Under the pieces are notes generated by a model. That model was not told where the DNA came from. It ran no database searches and worked only from the letters and a program-made list of their open reading frames with translations. From Rhodosorus marinus CCMP1338 (taxonomy: Eukaryota > Plantae > Rhodophyta), in contig JAMWBK010000011.1 of the NCBI GenBank assembly GCA_029953675.1, positions 620,001 to 684,000 of the forward strand: a DNA stretch of 64,000 nt. Reading direction: 5' to 3'. Positions 47,346 to 59,256 of the stretch are shown piece after piece. Numbering within the stretch: the first letter of the stretch is position 1; every line of letters starts with the position of its first letter. The position numbers and the translations under genes are program-made.

Positions 47346-49227
47346 TTTCCACTTGAAGAAGTTGCCGTGATCATGACGCCTTCCAGCAGAACTACCTTCC
47401 TTCACAGAAGAACTAGATCTGCTTTCGAACCTCGTGGCTGCGCATTTTCGCCAGATCTTCAGTAATGTGCAATCCAACGAGCCTCGGGCCTCTCAACAAG
47501 CCCCCTCCACCACTAACACCTTCAACAACCGCAATCCCTCATGTGTGCTATGCTAATTAGCCAAATCTTAGTCGCTGGTGAACAGATCAAAAACAATCTA
47601 AATATTGTCACAAAACGATAGCAAACAAACTGCGATAATTGGTTAACATAAAACATATGTTTTCTTTATTTTTAGATGATCGACCAAAACCGTTCGATCG
47701 ATCGCTTTCAATAAGAGCCATCACTACTACTGGGAGAGCTGAAAAAAGCTCGATGTATAAGGAAGAAAGCTTCTTGCACAACCATCGCAAGCAGATCAAC
47801 TGAGTAGCGACGAGTATGGAAGATCACGAGAGCGAGTACGGAAACAATGAGCTAACCATTCTCGCCACTGAACTATCTGTGAAACCCCAAACATTCAATT
47901 TTTGAGTAGTACGAAGATATGCTCTTGTTTCCACCAGTCCAAGAACATTTCACCGCTCAGGAACTAAGTTGCAACGGCTTTAGCAGGAATCTGACGAACG
48001 ACTGACTCCTCGAAAGAGACACCATGCTCAGTTGCTTAGATGACTTTGTACCAAACGTGCACAGAAGAGAGGATCCGGCTCAAACGCAAGGGGACAGATA
48101 TGCTTGGTAGCCCAACACCTGAGGGTCATAGCCGACGAGGCGACACGCTGCGGTGGTCCTACTCCTAACGGGACGTTGGGAGGTGTCTCCAGACAACACC
48201 AAGAGGATAGGCGCACGAGTATGAGTTGCTGGCATAGGAAATCCAAAGGAGCTGACAATTGAGACAGGCCTAGTTACACATCTATATAAGGATCGTCGAG
48301 GTCAGGACGGAATTCCCGACTGGAAAAGAGAGCTTCATTAGAAACTCCAGCGTTCACCTTCCAACCCGGCTACGACGAAACTATCATGATTATTACTACA
48401 AATTAGATAATGACTGCTTATTAATCCATGAAACTATCGAATTCACTATTTTACTTTATCATATTGACCACTGGAGAAGCTGTTTCAACCGGAAAACAAC
48501 GTAATGGCTCGCTTATTGGATAAATTTTGACTGATAAATTCCAATCGCTACGCTTCATATATGATTCCATCCAATGGTTGCTCTTCCTGTTAATTGTGTG
48601 AGAATTGTCTAAAGAATTTTGATGACTTTTTACTTATTTTCTTCGTTGGAAAAACTTGTTCTGTGTCTGTGCTTTGATGGAAAGCTCGATGTCCAGCTGC
48701 ACCAAAGGGTATAAAAGGGTTGGTCCGGGAGGGCTCTGGACTGCCTCGAGTGATGAACTGGAGCGCCCCGGGACACCTTCGTGGTTCCCCAGTGGCCAGT
48801 ATTGGTCCCCAGCACTTGGACCGAGTGGCGCGGCCTTGGCGTGGCTGGCATTAAGCTGGTGGTTTTGATCGTTGAGGGGATCTCACACGCTGATGGATCG
48901 CTTCTTTCTGAAGCCGTGGTTTACCAGTTTAAAGATTTCTTCGTGGCTTCATGGAATTTACGACGGCGAAGCGAGTGGGTCGTTTTTGTGAGGCAGAATG
49001 CATGCGGACAACGACATGTGTTCACGAAGCTAGACGTCTCGGTTGAGAAGTAAAACGGCGGTGCACAGCAGCCGGAAATACCTTGACCCTGGCCGCGTCT
49101 AAGAAATGCGTTTCAAAGTTTAAGGCAGCTAACAGCAACCACAACCATATGGACAGTGCTTACGCACTGCATCGCGATGGGCTTACCACCCTGGATTCGC
49201 AGCGGGTATGCAGAAAGACAGCTAACA

Positions 49228-49340
49228 GCCAACACCTAAATTTTCTTGCCAGAAAACAAAATGCTGTCTGTGCATATACCCAAACATTACGGCCAACATC
49301 TAAATTTTCTTTCCAGAAAACTAAGTGCTGTCGTGCAAGA
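49228..49340. repeat. 64-bp-period imperfect tandem duplication
   Basis: GCCAACA(C/T)CTAAATTTTCTT(G/T)CCAGAAAAC(A/T)AA(A/G)TGCTGTC at 49228 and 49292. Confidence 0.8.
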
Positions 49341-49607
49341 TACTATAAGGCTGTCTGTTCAAACTAAAGCGAATATTCTAACATACACACTCACAATGTC
49401 CCTTAAAGAGCGGTGCTCTCGGAGAGAGCGCCGTTTCCACTAATGGCTCGAAGATTTGGTTCAGCGCAGAGACGTTTCGGGCCTTGACGAGACTACAAGA
49501 GGACTACACTTCAATGGTGTTGCACCTCTGCATGTCCCTTCACGGATATGAAAAATTTCAAATCGGTATTGAAAGCTTGCGATCAACCAGTATGGAGCGC
49601 TTGTCGA

Positions 49608-49808
49608 GGTCCGCTACGTTCGTTAGATCGCGACTGTATAGTTCTCATTACCACAGTGGGTCCACTACGTTTGTTAGATCGGAGTTTGTAGTTCTCATTA
49701 CCACAGTAGGTCCACTACGTTCGTTACATCGGAACATATAGTTCTCATTGCCACTATAGGTCAACTACGTTCGTTAGATCGGAGTCTATAGTTCTCATTA
49801 CCACTGTG
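49608..49808. repeat. Minisatellite, 4 x ~50 bp
   Basis: Units at 49608, 49659, 49709 and 49759; consensus GGTCCACTACGTTCGTTAGATCGGAGTNTATAGTTCTCATTACCACAGT(A/G). Confidence 0.92.
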
Positions 49809-50845
49809 GCTTCCGAGGAAGTCAGCGAGACCAGTTTTGCTTTACAAAAGAAACTGGGCGTTGTTCTGCGGACATCTCGGCCACAACAACTTGCTTCCTC
49901 CAAAAGGATAAGCTGACCTGCTCAGCTGGTAAAGTAGAGGACCAGTCTGCTAGGGGTGAGTAGACGCTCTCATCAATCCTGCTGGTTTGCATATTTGGGT
50001 AGAGAGCACGTGGGTACAGTCGTCCTGGAAGCCAGCTCTTTCATCAGCAAAATCTAACCCTGTTTTAAATAACTGACCGTCGCTCACCAGGCATCTCGCC
50101 CAGCAAGTAGCCTACTTTCAAAGGAAGCTCTTCCTGACAGTTGAGGTGGACGATTAGGGTTGTTGATATATACAGTACCTCTGCCTCCTTGACGAAAGTA
50201 AGCGCCCGATCTCTACAATCACATTGGTAAGCATGGAGGTGGAGAGAGTACTGGGTGCACGTTCATTTATACTGCCTAGTTGCTTGTATCGCGGTCTCCT
50301 CGGGTTTTACGAAAACGAACACTTCTCAACCAGGACGGATTGCTTGCCACAAGAGTCGAGGCTCCGATGCCGGCCGCCTTGGTGCTTTTGCATCCCTTAG
50401 ATCGTCGTGTTGTGTTACGAGTTCTCATTGCTGCCACTATTGTTCACCAGATATCTCGGCCAGCTTTGCCTCCTTCAAAAGGAAACTCTCTACTTTGCTG
50501 GGTACTATTAGGGTCGTGCATTTTGCGAGGATGCTCCGTCTCCGTCTCCGTGAGGAATGTGTGCGTCCGATCTCGACACTCGTATTGGTAGCATGTTGGT
50601 CGAGAGAGAGAGATAGCACTGGGTTCGGGTGGGGCCCTTGAGGGAGTTTGGTTTCAGAGCTCTGTCCCGAGGATTTTAAAGTGTCGGCTCTGGTTAAACT
50701 GGATGTATATGATCGCAGCTAGTTGCGTTCCGGTTTGGAGGAGGCGGTTCTGGGGCTTTGGTGGTTAGCGTTGCGCTGAAAGAGGCAGCTGCCCCTTAGA
50801 AGTGCGCGGTTGCGCAGTTTGGGTTTGAAAGAGATAGGGAGGGTC

Positions 50846-52198
50846 ATGGACCTGACAGGAGCGCATGTGTCAGCCTTATCGTCCCATATGATATGGGATT
50901 CTCTGCCTCTGAACTGGCTTCTCTTCCGGCTTCAGAGGAAGAGCGTACCTGCTGGGGCTGGGGACCGCTCGGTGGTGCTGGCTGACCTGGGGATAGATAT
51001 GCCCCCGCAGACTAAGGCAGCGATGTCCATGTCAGTGTTTGGGAAGCTGTTCGCCATATTCACGAGCCCCGGGCTGCTGATGACGGAGGTACTAGAGGAG
51101 AAGTACAGTTTGGGTTCTGCATGGGCGTTCCTTGGAGGGCTGCCCGTCCTCGAGGGGATGTCCACGAATACGTGTTTCAAGGGTTTCAAGAGGATGCGAT
51201 TCTTGATGTATTCAGAAGATACATATGGGCACATGCTCATGACGAATGAGCTCGACGATGGGCGAATTGCGTTCCTAAAGATTACCGAATTGGATGAGAG
51301 GAGCTTAGTTTCCCAGTTCGGAACGATTGATCAGGAAAAGCAAACGATTTCTATGTGTATACCTATAAGTGCGTGGAGGAGTTGCCGCGAGTGCGTGCAG
51401 ATGAGCCGACCCTGTGATCTCAAGACATGTTTTGAGGATGCTGGTAACTTCGAGGTTCGAAGAGGTCTTAGGAAAGGACTTGTTGTCGACTGGGACCAAA
51501 TGGGCCTTTCCCTTCGGTATTTTGAGATGTGGATGGGCGACACATGGACGCACCCAGCGGGACCCTTGAATCCCTATTCGGTGACGATGACGTTCTCCGT
51601 TGACGGCTCTCTGATTGAAAACGCGCAGCTTTCCGTGTTGCAAGACTCCTTGGTGGAGATCCACCCCGCACGCTCCTCCTACCGCATGGTGAACGTATGG
51701 AAGAAGCAGATGGACAGCCAGCTGAGTCTGGATGAGCATGTATGGAAGAAGCAGATGGGCAGCCAGCTGAGTCTGGATGAGCATCGTGACGAATCCTCGT
51801 CCGAAGTCGTTGTGGATCTCAAGCTGAGCGGTCTAGTTTGCGAGCTGTGCAACACGAGGTTCGCTACAAACTATAATCTAAAGAGGCACAAACGGACTGT
51901 CCATGAGAGGAAGAAGGGCTTTGCGTGCACCCTGTGTAAGAAGACGTATTCTCAGAACGGGCATCTGAAAGAGCACGTGAGACTGATACACACTGGAGAG
52001 AACCTGTTCGCTTGCACCGTGTGCAGCAAGCACTTTGGCTCAAAGTCAAAACTTGACAGGCACGCGGTGACCGTCCATGGAAGCGAACGTAGCTTCCAAT
52101 GCTACTTGTGTTCAAAGAGGTACAAAGAAAAATCCTCGCTGAAACAGCACCAGGCAAAGCATCACAAGACATGGAGGAAAGAGAAGCTCTCGCGTTAA
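50846..52198 (+). CDS. C2H2 zinc-finger protein (4 C-terminal fingers), ~450 aa
   Basis: Four C-x2-C-x12-H-x4-H fingers (CELC, CTLC, CTVC, CYLC) with GF/LF/SF linkers. First ATG at 50846; an upstream exon cannot be excluded. Confidence 0.9.
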   Translation: MDLTGAHVSALSSHMIWDSLPLNWLLFRLQRKSVPAGAGDRSVVLADLGIDMPPQTKAAMSMSVFGKLFAIFTSPGLLMTEVLEEKYSLGSAWAFLGGLPVLEGMSTNTCFKGFKRMRFLMYSEDTYGHMLMTNELDDGRIAFLKITELDERSLVSQFGTIDQEKQTISMCIPISAWRSCRECVQMSRPCDLKTCFEDAGNFEVRRGLRKGLVVDWDQMGLSLRYFEMWMGDTWTHPAGPLNPYSVTMTFSVDGSLIENAQLSVLQDSLVEIHPARSSYRMVNVWKKQMDSQLSLDEHVWKKQMGSQLSLDEHRDESSSEVVVDLKLSGLVCELCNTRFATNYNLKRHKRTVHERKKGFACTLCKKTYSQNGHLKEHVRLIHTGENLFACTVCSKHFGSKSKLDRHAVTVHGSERSFQCYLCSKRYKEKSSLKQHQAKHHKTWRKEKLSR

Positions 52199-52645
52199 AA
52201 TTGGGTGCATTGCGTTGTACTATCTACCTCAAGAACCACAACGAGCAGAAGCCGCCCGGCCACCAATCCGTTGCGAAACTGTAGTATTCTTGACAACTAA
52301 TAAAACAATGTATTTATTTGCTTGAGGGAACCTGTCCACAAGACGAGCAGCTCGTTGATACACAAGTTCCCCTGTACTTTTCTGCTACCGGTCAGAGAAG
52401 AAGAATAGAGTTGATATCGATGGATTCTTGTTCCTTCGGTACTGAGAACGCAGAGCAGTTTCGCCTCCAGCCAAATGGCGTTGATCGTAGGTTAGCACAG
52501 TTCACCTCGCATGCAACGAAAACGTTGACCCTCTCAAGTCGCCTCGGTGATTCCTCGGCTAGTGCGTTTTGCTCCTGATGTTGCTCATGGCGTCCTCACC
52601 CTTCCAACCTCTCGCGCTTAAGAACTTGCGAACTATACCTGGGAG

Positions 52646-54002
52646 TCACGCCTCCAGACAAGATTGCAAGCAGAAAGCTTTGACGACCGGCTCGCGGTTT
52701 CCGCTGTTCCCATGTAGCTCTTCTGGACGACGCTGAAACAGACACCAACCCGAGTCCTCTCGAATGTAAAGGAATTGAGCTCGGTCAATAGCCCACGGAA
52801 GAGAGGACTCGGAATCAGTCTGGCTGTGCCTCATCAACGGCGTTCGGTTGGGGCCCGCTGATATATAAATTTTATGTGTTGTTCGATTCGGCGGCTTGTT
52901 GGGGACGTCGACTAGCTCCATAGAACAAATCCATCCCATGGACTTGTCGCCCTTCAAGTATCGTGCCAAGAAGAATCCGATAAGAAAGAAGGACGCATAT
53001 GTTATTGAGGTACAATGCCTGGACCGTTCTCACCACTTCGTAAGAGATAAAGAGGTTCGGCATAAATGGGGTGATCCGGATGTTTGAGTCAATGCATGAT
53101 CGCAAACAAGATCTATATCCGCTGCTACCCGCATTGACGTCAAACACCTCGTACAGCTGGCGTTGCTCGTAGTAAACGATCAACATACCGTTGCTTGATA
53201 ACCGCGCCCGACACGTCCCTTGCTCTGTCCCTGGGATGCTAGGTAGCCGTACCAAAGTATCAAACGGAGGTGAGCTCATCCGCATCTGGTAAGAAGAGGA
53301 TTCGCGTCCAGCCGTCCGGCTGCCGTCGTTCGAAAACACGAGCAGTTCTTCCCTTTTCGTGAATGCTACACGCAGATTAATCCATGACGAGTCTCTCTTC
53401 GTGAATAGAGTTTCACCCCCTGAACTTAGGATCAACGCCTTGGTTTTAGCTGCGACCGCGATGTACTTCTCAGACCTGGAGAAAACGATCTCCGCAGTCG
53501 CCTCGTTAAGCATATGGCTGGCGATGACATGGATCTTTGAACTCGTTACTCTGCAAATGTGAAGATCGAACAAATCGCGTTGTTCGTTATAGTAATCCAT
53601 AGCCACTATGGCCAAGATCGTTCCGCTGTAGGACAACTCCGCCGAAAAGTGGCCTCCGTATCCTCCACTCTGAATCAGCAAGCTGCTGGAGACCTTGTTT
53701 TCGGGGATTCCTATCCTATCCACAACAATCTCCCGCTTTTTAAAGTTCCAGTCCACCACAACAACAACTTCTCCATTTCCAGAGATCATCCACTTGACGA
53801 AGTTCTCCCTCCCCGGACCCCTTCCCCACCTCTTGTGTAGAATCCTGATCGCCTCCGGCTGTTCCCTCGCAAGCACCTTGAACTCAAGTTTCCTCCTCAC
53901 TCCCTCGAAGCTCGACTTCGAACACAGCGCAAGGCTCAAACGATCTTTTCCAGGTAAGTACCTCGCGATGTTGTCAACGCTATCCCTCGACAGATTCTCC
54001 AT
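52646..54002 (-). CDS. F-box-like/beta-propeller family paralog D, ~424 aa
   Basis: MENLSRDSVDNIARYLPGKDRLSLALCSK. Exon 1 54002-53034; donor GTGAGA at 53033; probable AAG acceptor at 52952 (82 nt, weaker); exon 2 begins GDKSMGW and contains SGWCLF...LEA*. Confidence 0.75.
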
Positions 54003-54776
54003 ATCTTCCAGCCGTTCCCTCAGTTCCTAGGGTGTTTGCTTTTTCCATTCATACACCGTGGTCGACATCTGTTCTAAGCCACGCTGGAGAATACTTCGAA
54101 TCTGACCACAACAAGCTTCTAACTGCATTGACTACTTTCCGTCAAGTCCTGCCATATCTAATGATATCTAATGACCCCTTAGGGAAGCCAACCTCTCACC
54201 TCCTTGAGCTCATCCCCGCTACCAACCTGGGGGCTGTCCCAGCTGTCCCCGCCTTTTCGCCAGTTCTCGATTTATCTGTCCCTTGATGAACCACAACAGC
54301 TCACGTCCGATTATCGCTTTCCTCATTACACCCAAATCAATGGTGGGTTTGCTAACATTCCAAATCATTAGTCCAGCGATCTTCGCAAACCGGCCTCAGC
54401 TCGGGCACAGCGTAAGCTCCTGGTGCCAGTCTGCGTCCCAACTCGAACCCGGCCTAGGAGTTTAGCGCTCCGCAGATTCATCTGCACACTCGAGGAGCTT
54501 CAGTGAGAATCGTCAAGACACCTATCTACAACGGTCACGCATCTTCTCGCCTAGTCGTCCCCTAGTCATATTGCGCTTCGGCGAGCGTCATGCACGTAGT
54601 CCGAGCTGAACTTAAAACCAGAAGACACAGCGTCGACAATGGGGCAGAATCTCCAGTCTCCCACTCTCTCTACGGCGTCACTCATTCAAGCTATGCGTCT
54701 CTTAGACCAACTGGTCTTTCCAAAGGCCAAGGTTGACCGAAACAGAAATCCCGTTCCTTTGAGCAAAACAAAAACC

Positions 54777-56229
54777 TCAGAGAGGTGCCATAGTATGCCA
54801 TGGCTGCATTCCTTCGAGGAAGACCCTCAGGTTGACAACACTGAGCACGAATCCGCTCCGTCTGAGGCGGTCGTTGACGAAGACGCACCATTCGCCGTAC
54901 CTCGAAAACCCGACTGACTTCTCCTTGACGGCGACCCACAGGTCGAAGGGATGTTGGCGCTCCTCAGGATGCTCACCTTGGATAAGGTTGTACACGACAT
55001 GCCTTCCGGCGTTGTCCTCGGCGGTCACCGGAAGGTCCCACCTCACCCACCAGGCTCCGGTGATCGTCGGATGGTAGCTCCAGAATACAAATTTCTTCGA
55101 TCTCCTCTGGACGGAGCGATGCGGCGACTGGGAGACAAGTTCTTGGTCCGACTGAATTGAAACGACAAAGAAAACGATACTGGTTTTTAGGGTGCCATAT
55201 TCTGTTTGGCTGGAAACAATCCGACAGACTTACTTGGATGTATTCGATGAACTTTGGAGGCGCCCTCAGCGTCCCAGCAATCTTGTCAATGGACGCCTTG
55301 AAGCTGGTCGTGTACTGGTAGTTTTCCTCAGCAGTTCCAATGCTGACGACTTCAACAAAGCTAAGCTGGGGGCAGTAGTAAACCACTTTTCTATCCTCCT
55401 GGAGCACAGCGTTTCCTCGGACGCCTATGTGCTTCGGTAGGCACGGCAGCCTCTCCAAGCTCGTCCCTTCTTGGAATGGAGGTCTGCCTAGTGATACTTC
55501 CAGAGACCCTCGTCGGTTCCATATTGTTCGGCGAGATCTGGTGAGAATCAGGAGCTCGTCCACATCCGTGAAGGCAACAGAGAGCAGGCCCTCAAGCCTC
55601 ATCGTCCACAGAATTCGCCCAGAGGAATCCACGACCATCACGATAGAATCTTCTAGGATCACGGCCACGAACAGTTCGGAACGAGATATCCGGATAGCGA
55701 CGACGCTGCTATTGAGCACATAACTTTCAACCAGTTGGATAGAGTCCAATGACATGAGGCAAAGGTAAAGGTCGTTCTTATCGCCTTTTCCTTCCTGTGC
55801 CTCGCTGCCGCCTGAGATGACGAGCACATTGCCAGTGTAGGACAGTTCACATTTGATCGAGCTCCGTGTATAAGAGCTCACAGCCTGAATTGTCGATGTG
55901 CGGACTCTTCCAGAGGGTACCTCAATCCGCTTTATCTCGATTCGGTTCTGGTTGTCGAACCATTTCACAACCGCCACCACGTGACCGTCTCCCGAGACAA
56001 AGTGTGTATCCTCCTTGTAGTAGTTTCCTTCCTCATCCGTGCAAAGGCACCAAGGGTGATCGGACTCGACAGAGAAAAGTGCCGGAACCTGTTTCGCGAT
56101 AAGGAAAAAGTCGAGCATATCCTCCAGTCTTTCGAACAATACCTTCGAGCTCATAGCTACCGCGAGCCGATCTTTTGGGCGAAGATGTAGGAAAATTTCG
56201 TTCCACACACGAACGCCAAGTGCCTCCAT
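54777..56229 (-). CDS. F-box-like/beta-propeller family paralog E, ~456 aa
   Basis: MEALGVRVWNEIFLHLRPKDRLAVAMSSK. Exon 1 56229-55234; intron 55233-55152 (GTAAGT...TTCAG, 82 nt); exon 2 55151-54777 is open into GEWCVF...VVNLRVFLEGMQPW. Confidence 0.82.
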
Positions 56230-56329
56230 GGCTGTTCCCTGCCGCTGTCGATGTGGCACCTATCCACGAACGTTACTAGAGCATAAACCCAATATCCGTA
56301 CTTGATCCATGGAGTCATTCACATCCCAC

Positions 56330-56960
56330 TAGCCCCACCCCCTCCATCGACTGTTCAAGAACGATAACAAACTGATCGGAATTCGCGTCTACAGATTGGA
56401 GAACTATGTAACGAATCCAGCACCTCCGCTGCTGTAGCGCCGGGGCAGACCTGGTTCGAAGATCTTCGTTACTATGCCGGCAATAGCTTATCATCCTTTG
56501 AGACCTAACCTCGAAGTCAGTTCCGTCAAACTACAGTGAGCGAAATTTCAATGAGCTGATCTCTGGATCAGAAGATTATCGCAAAGCGCTACACGACCAT
56601 CGGAACGGGCTCATGTCCAGTCGCGATTGATACACTACTTCCCTGTGGTCCTTCCAGCTAAACAATCTGAAACGCGCTCAGCGACGAGGAAAGCATATTT
56701 GCCAGCACCAGCTGCAACCCTAACCTCCACGACGGTCAATGTCACGCTACAGATATCCTGTCGTGCTGTCCTAGCCAATATCCACGTCAAAGGTCTTTCA
56801 CCATCCCCACTCTTTGACGATGTCCAAACGACAATCAGCTACAACAGAACATTTGAGTACTGATTTTCCAGTGTCTTATGTTTTATTTTGACTATATCCT
56901 GAAGATCGGAGCGGTTCAACAGCGACCAGAGCCTCGAGAAGCCGCGTCCGGTTCGTCTAT
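56330..56960 (-). pseudogene. Probable decayed F-box/propeller family copy
   Basis: Stop-interrupted minus-strand fragments SGDGERPLTW (~56810-56780), VSKDDKLL and LHSSPICRREF resemble the family motifs SGDG...W, FSxxDxLL and CSPPF, in the correct order; boundaries approximate. Confidence 0.4.
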
Positions 56961-57768
56961 TCAGCCGCCATTGGTTCCAACGGATTCGCGAAAAAGAAAG
57001 CACTCTGATTTGTTGAGAAGAGATACGTTTTGGCTGACACCTCCAAAAAAAGAAAATCTGAAGATTTTTAAACGGAATGGAAACGGCAGAAGTCAATGAG
57101 TTCATTCGCTACTGGAAAGGTTGAAGCTACGGCTGGAGCTTGGGGAGAGGCTTACATGATTTGATCTCTTGATATGTTTGGACGTTTAAGAACTTTTCGG
57201 TAGCACATTTCGCGTTCTTGTTGAGTTTTATATATAGATGATCCTCTGACATTGGCGTTGAACGACGTTTTCGTTTTCTATTTTGCTTGGATTTGCTCAG
57301 AAGTCACAGCTTACGTTCTTTCTGTGGAAGGCGTGCCTGAAGTGCATCAGATAATTTAGTACAACACGATCAAAGATGATACTCAACCCGTCTCGGCTTC
57401 GCAATTGGCTCTATTCTTCGTCCTCCTGTGAACGGATGTCGGGTGTGGCCAGATGCAGTGGGCAAAGCACTGAAACGCAATTTTGGTACGCAGGGGTGAG
57501 TGCTCGGATGAAACAAAGAAGGTGGGACCGTCCTGGAATTGAGTCCGACAGGATAAGCTCCATGGCACTCGGCGATACTTTATAGCTTCTCGTGTTGCCT
57601 CTTCTGAAAAAAGCTACCGAACCGTGGTCATGAGCGACATCTTTTCGCTTGCAGAGAGTTCCCGGCTATCTCTTCCACGTTAACTAAAGACCACAGTATC
57701 TTTACAACAGTGGAATATTCATCCATTCCATCAAACACTATACGCATGAGTAATTTACAGCATTCTGT

Positions 57769-59256
57769 TCATGTCATCTGTGCGGTACTTGGCTCCTCCA
57801 TTACGCCAAGACCAGAAACGAGCAAATTCCAGGGTCCACCCGCTTCTAAGAACGGTTTTAAATTGGTTACCCCCACAATCTGAACACCTTTTGACAACCG
57901 GTACGCGAAAATACACCACCCTCCATCCCCCCTAAAGTAGCAGCTCTCCTCGAACTTTCCTCTTCCAACTGTAATCCACGGATTCGCTCTGTCCATCTTC
58001 CCATCCAGCCCATTGTAGAGACCGTTCTCACCAAAGCACCTCTGCATTAGTCCAACAGATCGATCTTCACATGTGAACTTCCCAGCTACCCAACTCCTCA
58101 TCTGATTACCCTGCACATGTTACCATACAAAAAATGACGGAGCCTGAAGATTGAGTCTAGTCTCTATGGACAAGGCCTGTATGCTAAAGCTGTGCAACAG
58201 CTTTTCTACCTCGAGTCCTGCTAGAGAAAACGTTCGCGCCTTTGCCGTTCTCAAACTCACCTGCATGTACGAGATATAAGCCAGCGGTTCCGGTGAAAAC
58301 CATCTCTTCCTGTCGCCGAGTTTCGTTCGAAAGACTAGTTTGTATTCCGCGCTTTGAACATCTATCTGAAACACCTCAATCTCTCCAGTATTGCCGTCAT
58401 AATACATCAGCTTGTTTTGGTTGCTCAGCGATGCCTGCCATCTATCACCGGTTCGTTCCGGCAAACGCGCCAGCTGAACTTCCTCGAGGAGCGGTGCAGA
58501 ACAGGTCCAAAGTTCAACCTTATTCGGCCCCACTCGAGCTCCCATCTCCCCTGCACTTAGGAACAGGAGATCGCCGGACTTGCTGAACGCAACCGAACAT
58601 CCACGGTCACCCTCGTTCACAGCCACGTTCTTACTCCATACCTCCTCCCCCGAACGAGAAAGCAGCTTCATTGCCCCGTTCCGCGTGGCAACAACGACGT
58701 ACTCCTCCGATGGGGATATTTTGATATCCGTCACGTCACACGTGTACTCGTGAAACGCGATTTCCTGCATCTCCGAACCGTCCATACTGACCAGGTAGAC
58801 CTCGTACGTTTCGCCGCCTGGAGGAGGGCGGCTGTTCAAGCTGCCGAAACCAAAGGCAAGGAGGGATCCGCTGTAGGACAGATCACTTTTGAAAATGCCG
58901 GCCCTACCGGTTCGGCCTCCATCGATTTCTAGCCGTCGCCGAGTTGATCTTCTGCTGATTGATGCAAACCGTTCTATCACAATGTTCCCCCGCTCAAAGT
59001 TCCAGTCGACGACAGCCGTCACCTTCCCATCCCCGGAAACCAGCCACCTCAGGCCACGCTTCAAAGAAGGCGTGCGCCCAGGCCGCTCGTCCTTGAAAGT
59101 CATCACCTGCGGAAACTCGACCGCTGCCTGAAAGAATTCCATCTTGCCCTCCAGCATCTCCGAGCACGACTTTGAACATAGAGCCAAGTTCAACCGGTCC
59201 AAGAGAGGCAGAAAATCTACCACCCTCCTCATCGTCATGTCACCTAAGCCCTCCAT
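57769..59256 (-). CDS. F-box-like/beta-propeller family paralog F, ~445 aa
   Basis: MEGLGDMTMRRVVDFLPLLDRLNLALCSK. Exon 1 59256-58261; intron 58260-58111 (GTGAGT...TGCAG, 150 nt); exon 2 58110-57769 with GGWCIF...GVTNLKPFLEAGGPW. Confidence 0.82.

Noticed and set aside
49608-49808. CRISPR-like periodicity (~50 bp)
   Set aside because: The whole unit is conserved, with no unique spacers or cas genes, and the context is eukaryotic. This is a minisatellite.
49915-49995. tRNA A-box-like GCTCAGCTGGTAAAG
   Set aside because: No cloverleaf and no convincing B-box (GGTTCGA).
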